The notes under the pieces were generated by a model. It was not told where the DNA came from. It did no database searches and worked only from the letters and a program-made list of their open reading frames with translations. The position numbers and the translations under genes were made by a program. Of a stretch of DNA of 64,000 bases, positions 1-15,353 are shown one piece after another. The stretch is from the human T2T-CHM13v2.0 reference genome, Homo sapiens. Every line of letters starts with the position of its first letter. The first letter of the stretch is position 1. Location: NCBI RefSeq assembly GCF_009914755.1, contig NC_060926.1. One strand, given 5' to 3'.

Positions 1-337
1 TGGGTGTCTCTGCACTTGGGAAGGGAACTGTCTTGTCCAATAAATTTCCAGGTATATCTTCAGTTGCTTGAGACATGAGCACAATGATATAATGCACAGC
101 AAATACGAAATGACTTCAGAAATTGACACAAATTCCTAAAATTGACACAAAGTGACAGGTCTTTTCAAAGGGAAAGTCAGCTGACATTGGATTGGGTTAT
201 CTTTCTCAAAACAGCACTTCAGCTCCAGCAGCATAGGTAGGTGGAAAGGATTTGTAAGGAAATGGACAAAAGAATGTGACGTACTTTGATAAATGGCCAT
301 AGTAATAGGTCCGTATAAAGCACAGACCCCTTTATTA

Positions 338-400
338 GTTAAAAATTCGAACTCAAAAACTTGATTTATGTTAAAAATTCTAACTCAAAGACTTCATTTT
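338..400. repeat. Two-copy 32-bp tandem duplication
   Basis: gttaaaaattcgaactcaaaaacttgattta at 338 and gttaaaaattctaactcaaagacttcatttt at 370. Confidence 0.8.
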
Positions 401-640
401 TATTTTGAAAAATCTAAAATGCTTCTCATATGTGAAAATACAGATTCCAAAAGTCTGATTCAGCTCTAGCTTGTTAAGCAGAAAGCCTTGTAAGAATATG
501 ACTATTAGTTTTAGAATTGTGGATGACTGCCTCTACAATAAAGAAACACTTATTTTAGGTAGAGGTGACATTGCAATTCGCAGAAGCAATATGATTAGCT
601 TCCTTTTCTCAAATGTGCGCTGGCCCATCTATATACAGTA

Positions 641-1022
641 CAGTAGTTCCCTCTTACCCGTGGTTTCACTTTCTGCATTTTCAGTTACCAGGAGTCAACT
701 GTGGTCAGAAAACAGGTGAGTACAGTACAATAAGTTATTTTGAGAGATAAACTGCATTCACATGATTTTTATTACAATGTATTGTTATAATTGTTCTAAT
801 TTATTAGTTATTGTTGGTAATCTCTTACTGTGCCTAATTTATAAATTAAACTCTTCATCATAACTATGTATATATAGGAGAAACAGAATGTTTTTGTATA
901 TGGTTATAGTTAGTGAGCCATATACATGGTTCAGTTCTATCCATGGTTTCAGGCATTCCAGTTCAAGATCCACTGGGGGTCTTGGAATATGTCCCCCATA
1001 TATGGATATGAGGGAATTACAA
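641..1022 (+). mobile_element. MER44A-like MITE (TcMar-Tigger)
   Basis: TA + cagtagttccctcttacccgtggtttcactttc start, internal ggtgagtacagtacaataag, end ccactgggggtcttggaa..tccccc; matches recalled MER44A consensus. Confidence 0.85.
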
Positions 1023-2039
1023 CATAAGCAAACGCCATGTCAGTAGCTTAGTGAGTACAAAGTAGTGTCTTATATGTAGTAGAAAAAGTATTTTAAATTT
1101 TATGCTAGCTCTTAATTATAAATTTCATTACAAAAATTATAAAATATACAAAAGTATATAGAAGCAAAAATTGGAGACTCCCCTCTTTCACTCATGTTTT
1201 TGCTAGATCCATTATTAACAGATCAGATATTAGAAATAGATTGCTTTTGGCTTTTAATAATTGAGTTAAGACAAAAAAACCTGTTTTTTTTTCATTAAAA
1301 AGTCAATTTCAGCATAAAATTAGTGAACTAATATATCTAATTATAGAAATGTTATCTTTTCATATACATTGCTATGACTTTAGCATAGAAAGGAAGCATG
1401 AGTAAAATGTGCAAAATAGAATTATTCCAAAAGGAGAATAAACATTGCTTATTTTTATTTAAATATAATGATGATATTGGTTCTCATAGAAGTGAACTAG
1501 TAGTGGTTGTTTTTCTTCCTGCAGTCTCCCATTTAATAATGTTCACATATATCTCTGCTATTATGGGTGGAGTGCTTCAGATGGCAGCACTACAAACTGG
1601 GGATTTTCATCAGTTATCTTCAAAATCTCATAAAAAATTTCTGCTCATGCAGATTTAAGCAACATGAAGATTTCTATAAGCCATTAACACTTGCTCCTAT
1701 ATCAGAGATACCAGATTTTTGCTGACCAAGGGAGCAAAGACAGTATGTTGTAGCTGTTTCCTAAAATGAGTAGGGGCATCCCTTTCCTATCATCCCCTTT
1801 CATGACCCCTTTTGAAATGGTCATGAAAGTGTCCTGATAGTGCAATCTTCCTGGGTATAAATGTGCACAGGTTATATAGTGTATCTCGATAAAGTCTATA
1901 GGAGAAACAGGTAAGTGTGAGAAAAGTGGTGAAAATTGTGTACTCTGAGGAGTGTGTACAATTGATATATATCCGGCATGAGACTTTGAAAATATTCTTT
2001 AATGTGAAAATAAATGTAATTTATTTTCAAAATACAGAG

Positions 2040-3700
2040 AAAAATTTAAACTTTACAATATGACAGCAAGAAATATTTTACAACTATTTTTATTTACAAT
2101 AAATTTCTTTAAAATAAGAGATAAAATAATAATAATGATAAGGTTAGATACAAATGGAACTAAGTTAGATGTGTTCAAACATGAAAATCAACGTAGAAAC
2201 ATGAATGATTATAAAGAAACCACAGAAAAAAGCACCAGCACAGCTAAAATCTGCTTTGGAAGCAATAGAGAACAAAAGCCATATTGCACAAGTAGAAAGT
2301 TTGTGTTGTACATAACACAAAACATTTTTTCAGAAAGCACAGAATCTTATTAAAAATTAAAATTTTGTGAGAGATGATAGCTATAAAAATATAGAAAAAG
2401 TTGAAAAATATAGAAAAAAGATCAAGTAAGGAAGACAAATATATATCAGTCAAGTTCAATCAAATAGAATCAAATAATTGGTATTCCTGAAGGAGAAACA
2501 AAAACAAATGAAAAAAAATCAATATACAAAACAAATGAAATAAAAACAATATCAGAGAAGATAACTCTCCTCCTGTGAAAAAAGACTTTAGTCGGGAAAT
2601 TAATGGGACTGTTCAGGGAAAGAGGCTTCAAGAGAAGACAATTTTTAGACAACTCCTGGCAAATTTGTTTTCTTACCAAACCAATGTTAGTGTGCCATAT
2701 ACATGGTTCAGTTCTATCCATGGTTCCAGGCATTCCAGTTCAAGATCCACTGGGAGTCTTGGAATGTGTCCCCCATGAATATGGGGGAATTACAATATAA
2801 TAACATAACAATGTTTTGTTACAACATATGGGGGAATTACAACATACCAATGTTAAAAAACATTCTATAAACATTTAGATAGAAAAAAAAGATTATAGGA
2901 AAGGCACAAAAAATCATTTTAAAATGCCTTAGATTTCTCTGCCCTAGTAATCATCAGAAGTTAAGGGAGGAATATCAATAAATTCTTGAGAAGAAAAAGC
3001 AATGCCACCAAAATTCATGCATACAAACCATGGCAAAAGAGCCTTGCTTCTTCCAGCATCCAGAATTTCCAGCTTCTAATGTGCCATTCTAAAATTTTAC
3101 ATACAATTATACTTGCCATCTACTTTACCTGGAAAAATAGAAATATACCTCTCTTACGTTCCTTTCCTAAAAAGCTTAGGAAAGATGTCAGATATACACC
3201 AACTTGACAAACGTGGATTTAATTAAATCAAATTGAAGATCTCAAGAAAAAGAAGCTATGGTATAGTTTGACTAAAAATTACCCAATCACATTTAAATAA
3301 CCATGGCAAATGTTCTTACAAGTCATATATATATGAAACATTTCTGAAAAACTAAGATATGTTGTATAAAATCAATACTTATTAATTATATTCTGGGTCT
3401 AAAACCTTAGGTAATAGCAACAAATTACAGACGCTTTCAGATAAATTATGAAGGAAATTAGAATTATGTTTATTCTTTATTTTACTAAGGAAGGAATCAA
3501 TAAACCACTGTTTTATTATTGATAAAATTATATATACACAAGCATATTAAAAACTATAAAGATACTCTCCAAAGTAATTACATTTGATATATTTTGATCT
3601 CCAGAGAAGAAAGGCAAATAAAGTATAACATATTTACCGATAGGTAGAAAGCAAAGAAAACATCAAGAAAACATTTTCTAAACAAGAAAATTGGCAAATG
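2040..3700 (+). mobile_element. Ancient L1M fragment (ORF1/inter-ORF remnant)
   Basis: A-rich; degenerate ORF1-type motif aataattggtattcctgaaggagaa; continues as ORF2-EN-like remnants at ~4230-4490 and ~5935-6640. Confidence 0.55.
2686..2846 (+). repeat. Local copy of 909-1027 (MER44A 3' end) inserted in the L1M
   Basis: 4 mismatches over the first 91 nt versus 909-999; flanked by accaatgtta at 2680-2689 and 2846-2855. Confidence 0.9.
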
Positions 3701-3702
3701 AG

Positions 3703-4230
3703 ATTAACTATTAGGTATATAGCCAAAGGAATGTAAATGGTTCATCATAAAGACACATGCAGACATGTGTTTATTGCAGCACTATTCACAATAGCAAAGA
3801 CATGGAATCAACCTAAATGCTCATCAACAGTAGACTGGATAAAGAAAACATGGTACATATGCAGCACGGAATAATACACAGTCATAAAAAGGAACAAGAT
3901 CATGTCCTTTGCAGCAACATGAATGAAGCTGGAGGCCATTATCCTAAGTGAACTAACTCAGAAACAGAAAACCAAATGCTACATGTTCTCATTTGTAAGT
4001 GGGAGCTAAACATTGAGTACACATAGACACAAAGAAAGGAACAATAGACACTGGGGCTTATTTGAGGGTGAAGGGTGGGAGGAGGGTGAGGACTGAAAAA
4101 CTACCCATCAGGTACTATGCTTATTACCTGGATGATGAAATAAGGTGTACGCCAAACCCCCGGGACACACAATTTACCTATATAACAAACCTGCACGTGT
4201 ATCCGTGAAACTAAAATAAAATTAAAAATA
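3703..4230 (+). mobile_element. L1PA15/16-like 3' end
   Basis: aaagacacatgc..tttattgcagcactattcacaatagcaaagacatggaatcaacc through aacaaacctgcacgtgtatcc and A-rich tail. Confidence 0.9.
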
Positions 4231-4492
4231 AAGAACATGACACTGTAAATGAATCACTTAAACATCCTATCCAGAAACAAAGACTCATGTGTGAGACAAA
4301 CATCTAAAACAAAATGAGACAAATTAAAAAATAAAGAAGACAAAGATATGTCGGGCAAATAGAATCAAATAGAAAGCCATAACAGAAATAGTACAGCAAA
4401 TACACATTTTCAAAATTAAAAACTAAAGGGGTTGAGATTGATCTTATTTTGTCAAAAGGAATGCTGTGACAAAAAGATATAATGGCCATAAT

Positions 4493-4533
4493 TGTGTGTG
4501 TGTGTGTATGTGTGTGTGTGTGTGTTTATGTGT
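4493..4533. repeat. (TG)n microsatellite
   Basis: Imperfect TG run. Confidence 0.95.
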
Positions 4534-5199
4534 AATAACACAGCAATGTAATATATGTGAAAGGATTAATTTTGGAAATATTGAGTATACCAAGATATTT
4601 TCCTTTGTGTGCTTTCTAAAATCATTTGCCCTTCCTTTGCTATTTATTTAGTTGTGTTAATCTCTTAATCTGAGAAAATTATATTAGAAGAGGAGGTATT
4701 AAGTAGACTACATTGTTTTAGAAAAGGTATCAAGTTAGTAGAAATCAAACAATTTAAGTTAGTAAATTTAGAGAAGAGTATATTACTTGGAGGAAGTTTC
4801 TGGAGTGACAATTCAGAGAAGTCAGTAGAGCTGTAGTTTTCATTTTGTTCAGTTTTTAATCACATCAGTTTAAATGACATTCAAGTTTTACCATGTAGAA
4901 ACACGTTTTGCTGTGAAAAGGAGAGCACATCATATTTTAAAATATATTACAAAACTGCCACTTTATGATAAATAGTAAAGCTGCTAAATAGACTTTTGTA
5001 AATCATTGGCTGAGCCAATATTCTTGAAAGTCATCACTTGAAATTTGCCACAGCTGGGCTTTTTGAAAAAGAAGGTGTTTGTTTGCCATACTCAAAATAC
5101 AACATTACACACTAAGTGCAAAAGGCTGGATGACTAAGATCATAGAGTTTATTTCAGAAACCACTTGGTTGAGATAAACACGTGATGCATTTTTAGTTG

Positions 5200-5935
5200 T
5201 TTTTCTACCTAAGAGTTACTAAGGATTCAAACGCTAGATGGGAAGAGAAGATTCAGAGGGAATGGGACAATAGCTGGGGCACCTATGGCCTCTGAAGAGT
5301 GACCAGTTGTTGCCCCTGCTTTTAGGCTGAACCTTGAAATTGTTGAAGTGTGGCTGGGAGACTTGAATCCTGGGTCACTGTGATAACAGAGCAGAATAAC
5401 AGTGTCTGAATGAGAGTCCACATAAATAGCCTCAGGCAAGCTTCGCAGAATCTCCAAAGTTTTCTTGTTCCCCAAAGAGCTTGAGAGAAGTTGTTTATAT
5501 CACATGCTTGAAGAAATTTTACAAGTTACATGTCAAGAGGTATGCAAATGTGAGTCAGAGACTGGCTTCAGCCCGGGAGCCAGTGTTGATAGGAAGAACA
5601 AGCCAGCCCAGTGGTGGACCCTGAAAACAGAGAATGGCAAAGCCCAGATGCCACCCACTAGAGCAAAAAAAAAAAAAAAAAAAAAAATGCAAGTCTTTGG
5701 GAGCTCAAATGCCCCAGGAAAAAGATGAGAAGGGAAAAAAATAAACTGAGAAGAGAGAAATAATTTTCCTTATTCCAGAGAGTTTGAGTTTAACCTGGAG
5801 GAGCCTGCATTCCCCTAAATTGGCAGGTTTTCAGCATCAGGGAAAGTGAAGACTTGAGAGCAAAATTAATTTCAGTTAGGAAAAAATTAAGTTATATTTC
5901 TTACACCCCTGAGCTGTAGATGTGAAAAAAATCAC
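5200..5935 (+). mobile_element. Probable MamGypLTR (ancient Gypsy LTR) remnant
   Basis: 3' part aacctggaggagcctgcatt..ttcagttaggaaaaaattaagttatatttcttacacccctgagctgtag resembles the recalled MamGypLTR 3' end; 5' boundary uncertain. Confidence 0.5.
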
Positions 5936-7132
5936 ACACATATAAAACAGACACTATTAAAAATAAAATGAAAATCTGAGAGATTTAAAAATAAATAAGG
6001 ATATGGGAAATTGGAATGATAATGATGCTGATTAAATTTGCATCCTATAGAAAATTCTTTTAAGAATCCATGGAACATTTGCTTATCTTCAGTAAGTGCC
6101 CTAAATATGAACAGGACTGTAGACATTATTTGAGCAGAATTTAGCAACAATAAATAGAACAAATAATCTCCTATGACAATTAGTAAAATGCAAAACTTCG
6201 AAATAGTTATTGGGTTAAATAGGAAGAGTGCCCTCAGGGATGGGCGGATTTTCTTATCAGTTACAAATCTACAATAACTAACATACATCAATGCTGACTC
6301 AAAATGAAGCAGATCATTTGAAAGAGAACACAGAGTCCAGAAACGGATTCAAGGATACGTAGGCAACATTTTGTATGTGATAGGTGAGGTTTTGAATTAG
6401 TGAGAGGGAAAGATGAATATTCAATGAATATTCTTGCTCTTTTTAGATGAAATTTAGATCAATAACTACCTCTAGAATACATTTCTGATACATTACAATT
6501 TTCAGATACGTAAACAACGATTTTAATAATAATTGGATGGGTGACCTTTTAAATAATGATATCAAAGAAAAAAGAATAACTGAATGTAATGATAATTTTT
6601 TTCTGTTTATAGCTAATTATTACATTTGCACCAACCAATATATTTACAGGCATACCTTATTCTATTGCACATTGCTTTATTGTGCTTTGAAGATATTGCA
6701 TTGTTTTACAAATTGAAGGTTTGTAGCAAACCTGCATTGAGCAAGTCTATAGGTACAATTTTTCCAAAAGTATGTGCTCACTTCATGTCTGTGTCACATT
6801 TCGGTAATTCTCACAATATTTCAAGCTTTATTATTATTATTATATCTGCTATGGTGATCTGTGATCAGTGATCTTTGATGTTATTGTAATTATTTTGGGG
6901 TGTCACTGTGTTTGCATAAGATGGTGAACTTAATTGATAAATGTGTGTGTTCTGACTGCTCCACCAACAGGCCATTTCCCTGTTTCTCTGTCTCTCCTCA
7001 GGTCTCCCTATTTCCTAAGACACAGTAATATTGAAATTAGGTCAATTAATAACCCAACAATGGCCTCTAAGTGTTCAAGAGAAAGAGTTGCATGCCTCTC
7101 ACTTTTAATCAAAAATTAAAAATAATTAAACT

Positions 7133-7436
7133 GGCTGGGTGCAGTGGCTCACATTTGTAATCTCAGCAATTTTTGAGGTTGAAGCATGGATTGCTTGAGC
7201 CCAGGAGTTCAAGACTTGCCTGGGAAGCACAGGGAGACCCTGTCTCTACAAATAATAACAATAATAATAATGAAAATTCACCAAGCATGGTGGTGCATGC
7301 TTGTGGTCCTAGCTACTTGGGAGACTGAGGTAGGAGGATTGCTTGAGCCCAGGAGGGCAAGGCTGCATTGAGCTATGATTAGGCCACTGCACTCCAGTCT
7401 GGGTAAGGAAGCAAGACTCTGTCTCAAAAAATAATA
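7133..7436 (+). mobile_element. AluJ nested in Tigger1
   Basis: Dimeric Alu, J diagnostics (ggattgcttgagcccagg, gagctatgat); near-TSD aataattaaact/aataataaact. Confidence 0.9.
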
Positions 7437-7448
7437 ATAATAAACTTA

Positions 7449-7934
<486 letters not shown>

Positions 7935-8113
7935 TCAAACCAGTCTCAACATTCCATAAGCCAAAGCCTAATCCAGAGCAAGTCTCTAATTCTGTTCAAT
8001 TCTATGCATGCTGAGAGAAGTCAGAAGATGCAAAAGAAATGTTTGAAGCTAGCAGAAGTTGGTTCATGAGATTTAAGGAAAGAAGCCATCTCCATAACAT
8101 AAAAGTACAAGGT

Positions 8114-8403
<290 letters not shown>

Positions 8404-9951
8404 AAATGTGCAAGGTGAGGCAGTAAGTGCCATGTAGAAGCTGCAGCAGATTACTCACAAGATCTAGCTAAGATCATTGATGAAGGTGGCTACACTAAAC
8501 AACAGATTTTCCAAGTAGATGAAACAACCTTATGTTAAAAGAAGATGCCATTTAGGACTTTTATAGCTAGAGAAGAGAAGTCAATGCCTGGCTTCAAAGC
8601 TTCAAAGGCAGGTTGACTCTTTTGTTAGGTGCTAATGTAGCTGGTGACTTTCAATTGAAGCCAATGCTCATTTACTGTTCCAAAAATCCTAAGACCCTTA
8701 AGAATTGTGCTAAATCTACATGGCCTGTGCTTTATAGATGAAACAACAAAGCCTGGATGACAGCACATCTGTTTATAGAAGGATTTACTGAATATTTTAA
8801 GCTCACTACTGAGACCTACTGCTCAGGAAAAAAAAAAAAGATAACTTTCAAAATATTACTGCTCACTGACAATGCATTTGGTCACCCAGGAGCACTGATG
8901 AAGCTGTACAAGGAGATTAATGTTGTTTTTTATGTCTGTTAACACAACATCCATTCTGTAGCCCATGATCAAGAAGTAATTTTGAACTTCAAGTCTTATT
9001 ATTTAAGAAATACATTTTGTAAGGCTATCACTGCCATAGATAGTGATTTCTCTGATGGATACAGGCAAAGTAAATTGAAAACCTTATGAAAAGGATTCAC
9101 TACCATACTAGATGCCATTAAGAACATTTGTGATACATGGGAGGGGACAAATATTAACATTAACAGGAGCTTGAAATAAGTTGATTCCCATCCTCCTGGA
9201 TGACTTTGATGAGGGTTTCAAGACTTCTTTCGAGGAAGTAACTACAGATGTGGTAGAAATAGCAGAAGAACTAAAATTACAAGTGAAGCCTGAAGATGTA
9301 ACTGAATTGCTGCAGTGTCATGATAAAATCTTGAATGGATGAGAAGTTGTTTCTTATGGATGAGCAAAGACAGTTTCTTTAGATAGAATCTACTCCTAGT
9401 GAAGATGCTGTGAACATTGCTGAAATGACAACAAAGAATCTAGAATACTACATAAAGTTGTTTCACAAAGCAGCAGCACAGTGTGAGAGGATTGACTCCA
9501 ATTTTGAAGGAAGTTCTACTGTGGGAAAAATGCTGTCAAACAGCATCACATGCTACAGAAAAATCCTTTGTGAAAGGAAGAGTCAACTGATGTGGCAAAC
9601 TTTATTATATTATCTTATTTTAATATGTTGCCACAGGTACCCCAACATTCAACAATCACCACCCTGATTGGTCAGTAGCCATCAGCATGAGGGCAAGCTC
9701 CTTCATCAGGAAGAAGATTATGACTAGTTGAAGTCTCCAATGATTGTTAGCAATTTTTAGCAATAAAGTATTCTTAATGAAAGAATGTACATTGTTCTTT
9801 TAGACATTGCTAAGCTGTTGCACACTTAATAGTCTATAGTATAGTGTAAACATAACTTTTATATGCACTAAAAAACAAAAAAAAATTGTGCAACTCAACT
9901 TATTGCAGCAGTACAGAACCAAACCTGCAATATCCCTGAGATGTGCCTGTA

Positions 9952-10770
<819 letters not shown>

Positions 10771-12523
10771 TTGCACCTCGTCCTCCCTTCCCACCTCCCA
10801 GAAAAGACAGACTTCTGTGATATAAAATATTTAATTCTTAAAACAGCTTCTCCACACTTCTTTTATACATAAGGAAGCTGAGAGCTAGACAAATTAAGTA
10901 GTGTGACTTGTGTGTTGAGCTGGCACAACTGGGGAAATGTAATCAAAATTCATTTTGTTTTCCTCACCTTTCAAAGTATGGGACATATATTTGTTCTACT
11001 ACTGGAAGAAAATTTTGGGGACTTCATAATTTTTATAGTCAATGATAAGCTCTATGCTTCCTTTAACTCACAAAACAGCCTCAGTTTGGCATTAGAACAC
11101 CGAGTTCCTAAGTTGACTGAGAATTAAATCTTTTCGAATCTTTTAATTGGAGATGATTTTAGATAGATGTTGACACCTGCAGATTGGGCACACTTGGTAT
11201 CTTCTTTCATTTTCTGCTTCTTCACCCTCCATTTGCAAAGCAGTTTCTGGCTCTTCCAAAGACAGTATGCAGAGAGGGAGAAAGTAAAAGAAGGCACAGA
11301 AAGTATATTAGTATTATGTAAGATTGTTTCACACTCTTTGATTCTTGGTCCTATTCATAGACGATTTTCCTGCCTGAGAAGTTCTGTGGGTTCTTCGGGG
11401 TCTCCCTATGCTAGGCCTTTTAGTTGTAGCCTCAGCAGCCATTTCTCTAGGCTCTGGTCTTTCCATGAGCCTCTCCATATTAAGTTCTAAGTGGCATGCC
11501 AGACAGAATTTGAAGTGGCTCAGGTCAGTTCTTAATCCTTCTTGGCTCAATGAGTGAGAAGCACTCATACATTCTGCGGTCGTAATGGGTAGGAGGCATT
11601 TTCTACCCCAAATGGCCTCCATTTTTCTCCAATTCACAACCTCAGGGCTTTAACACAGCTGCTTACCTTAAGATTTCTCAATATATGTCAGATAGCAGCC
11701 TCCTACTGGGCCCCAAGCTGCTGAAGACCCCATTAAAATCTCTGAACGCTCCTAGTGAAGCCTTTTTTTTCCCCCTAGATAAAAAGTGAGAGGCAGACAA
11801 CTCAGCCCACTCCCAATGAGACCCAGAGCTTGGTAGCATCTCCTGCTAAAGAATTACCCTCTTGAAATCCACTCTCAATGCTTTCTTATTTTCAGAGTGG
11901 GTGAGGAATTTCAAGAGACCTGAAACAGCTCTTGACAATTGCTCATAAGGTGAGGCCCTGCTTCTGGAATTTCATATTTTTCATATCCTGGTACTCAGTT
12001 GCCATTTCATACATAACATCCTGTCTCAAAGCTGCCCAAGGTCCTCTAGAATGGGAGGGAAGAGCTGCACCTAGATCCTTTGATTTCTAGTCAGAACATC
12101 ACCACTTCATGCTGCAACCTGTTCATGGAAATCATTTGCAACCATTGTCAGATGAGTTTAATATCTCATATTGTGCACCTCCCAGCAGTCAGCACTTCCA
12201 TATTTACCCTTAAATTCAAGATGGAATGTCTATTTAAGCTAGAAGTAGATAAGTCTTAACAGTAAAATCATCTGGAAATCCAGTTAGTTACTATGGGAGT
12301 AACTTTTCTCTAGACATTAACTGTGATTTGATCGTTAAAGATAACATATATATCTTTCTGAAATAAGAGAGCAGGAATAAAACAGAGTAAAAATCCTTCA
12401 TTTCTGGATAGATGATGTCTTATAGTATATATTAATTAGATAATAGAGTTATAACTAGCTTTATATAATGAACTGTTTTATGAATTGCAAAAACTTCTAA
12501 GTAAAATAATAAAGATTGAAAAT

Positions 12524-12975
12524 AGCACTACTCATAATAGCAAAGACATGGAATCAACCTAAATGCCCATCAATGACAGACTGGATAAAGAAAATGTGAC
12601 ATATACAGTAAGAAATACCATGCAGCCATAAAAACGAACAAGATCATGACTTTTGCAGGAACATGGATGGAGCTGGAGGCTATTATCCTTAGCAAACTTT
12701 TGCAAGAATAGAAAACCAAATACAGCATATTCTCACTAATAAGTGGGAGCTAAATGATGAGAACTCAAGAACACAAAGAGGGGAACAACAGGCAGTGACG
12801 CCTACTTGAGGGTGAAGGGTAGGAAGAGGGGGAGGAGCAGAAAAAATACCTATTGGGTACTAGGCCTAAAACCTGGGTGATGAAATAATCTGTGCAACAA
12901 ATGCCTGTGACATGAATTTACTTATATAACAAACCTGCACATGTACCCCTAAACCTAAAAGAAAAGTTAAAAAGT
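12524..12975 (+). mobile_element. L1PA13-15-like 3' end
   Basis: aatagcaaagacatggaatcaacctaaatgcccatcaatg..aacaaacctgcacatgtacccc + A-rich tail. Confidence 0.9.
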
Positions 12976-13599
12976 AAAAGAAAATAGTAAGAACAATAAC
13001 AATAGCAAGGACCAAATGGCAAGCAAATAGTAAGTGCTTGGGAACAAAGTAATACTTACAGGAGCCATGTTATATTTGTTAATATAGTTATTTTCTATGA
13101 AGAACATGAAGCTCCCTATTGAAACACAGAGCACATACCTTGAAATATTTTTGAAAAACACTGTAAGTGAAACAGTGCTAAATTCATAAATGTTATTTTA
13201 TTACTTAGCTTCTACTGATATGGTCTGATTTAAGTATTCTCTTTTACTTGTAATTACGACAGTTTCTTATTTTTAATATTTATACTGTAAATTTGGTATT
13301 AGTTTTATTTGGCTTACAGAAAACTTTTCTCCCAATTAGTTTACTCTTGCCAAGTAAATAATAGGTATATTACCAATGATGAAATATGAACATCTAAATT
13401 TTAAAAGTATATAATTCAGTGGACATTTAAGCATATTACCAAAGTGCCATTCACTTTAACATATGTTTTATGGCATATTTAAAAATATAATCGAATATGA
13501 AGATATCTGCTCAGTGTAGTCAGTTTTATAGCAAACATCTCTTGAAAATTTGATACAGTTGTATCAAAGGCTTTTGCTCTGCCGTTTTGCCTCATGATT

Positions 13600-14380
13600 A
13601 AAACATATGTTTATTGAGTAGCTACTATATGCATAACAAAGTTAAGTCCTAGGCAGGTAAATAAGGTACACCACCCGTGACTTCAAACTTTTAATTTTGT
13701 TGGCTAAAGAAAAACTTTCAGTGGAAAATAGTGAGTGATAATCCCAGATAGTAAATAATTTACAAATAGCCTTGTAATGGGACTTTACAAAAAAGAGATA
13801 GCACAGTATATAGGGGAGATGAATAAGACATGGATGAACTGGAAAATGAGTTAATCTTTCCTGATTTCAAAGGATCACAAATGATTGGGGGAGGAAATTC
13901 TCCACACCTACACACACACACACATCCATGAACTAAATTATGAAGGTGTGAATGCGTATGTTATATTTCAGATATACTGAATATGGCAAGAGCAAAGAAA
14001 ACAAATACTAGAAGATAAATTGGAAGGGTGTTTTGGATCTAGACTGTGTTAGTCCCTTAATGCCAGGATAAGAGCTATCAGGTTTATCCTCAAGATAGGA
14101 TTACTCAGTGGGAATCATAAAATGAAATCAACTCTAAAGAACTTTGGAAGGGGGTAAACCATTGAGAACTCATTAGGAAACTATTGCAGTAGTCTAGATT
14201 GAGGGTGTTCAAAGAACATCAAGTAGGCTATGGAGTGAGAATGAAGGAGAATGGGTGGATTCCAGATACACTGAGAAAGAAGCATTGATAGAATAAGGTA
14301 CATGAATTGGTAAGGGGAGCAAGGAAGAGGGAACAATAACAGAACATGCAGTGGTCTATTGGGAGAGGTGGTGATGGCAG
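13600..14380 (-). mobile_element. L2 fragment(s)
   Basis: tttattgagtagctactatatgc (antisense L2 3' end); gaaactattgcagtagtctag. Confidence 0.55.
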
Positions 14381-15353
14381 AGCCTACTCATCTGTAATCT
14401 TAATTAGAAGCTGGCATTCTCTTGAGAGAGAAACTCTAAAATATTACTTTCATTTACATATATTTTAAATGAGCACACGATTATATTCACATTTATAATT
14501 CTATGGTAAGAGTATACTATTGATTTGGAATTTTACTGCCTAGTTATTTTTCAATGGAAAAAAAGTTTAAAAATTTTCTTGAGGAAAGATTCCTTATTAA
14601 TATACTCCTTTTAGGTAAAATGGAAACAAATTATTTTAGAAAGTTATGTATTACCCAAATGAAATACCACCAGTAAAATCAGATAATAGAAAGATAAACA
14701 AGTTTATCAAGACTGTGAATTTCCTTTTAATGTTACTTCTTATTTTAACTGCAAATCATAGCTACTTCCCCAGCAGAGAAAAAGTTATATTTAAATTCAC
14801 AGAAAAATGCAAGTACCCCAAAAAATGTATCAGAAACAAAGGACAGCATCCCTAATACACATGAGCCCCTCCCTTAGGATCTCTTCCCAAAAGGCACACC
14901 CATTTCTCCCCATATCTCTTGTCCTGTCATCTCCTTGATCGTACTCATAGAGTTTCAAGTCAGCATCTTAGAATCTAAAGCTTTGGTAATGTCTAAATAA
15001 AGGACTGAATGTTAGAAACAATTGAGGTATAATGATTTGAGATGTATTTGCTGTAGTTACACATGTACTACTTTTGGGGAAGATGTTTCAGAGTAGTCTT
15101 GAACAATCCAGCAACCCAAAACGTACTCTAAAAGATTCTGGCTGTGTAAATATACTGCTTGTGGAATGCCGTTGAGAGCTGGATCAAACCTGAGTTACAG
15201 GAGTTGGTCCATAGGCTTTTTTTTACCCCTATAACATTTACACAGGGTAGCAATATTTTCATGGGCTGAAGGTTTTTAATTGTTTTTCCTAAAGCCATGA
15301 GTGCTTGCTTTTATATGATCATGATATTCGTATCAGTAAAATAACTTGTCTAC

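Noticed and set aside
13549-13568. Short inverted repeats here, at 1797-1829 and at 42553-42584
   Set aside because: 9-11 bp arms with spacers are expected by chance in 64 kb of AT-rich DNA.
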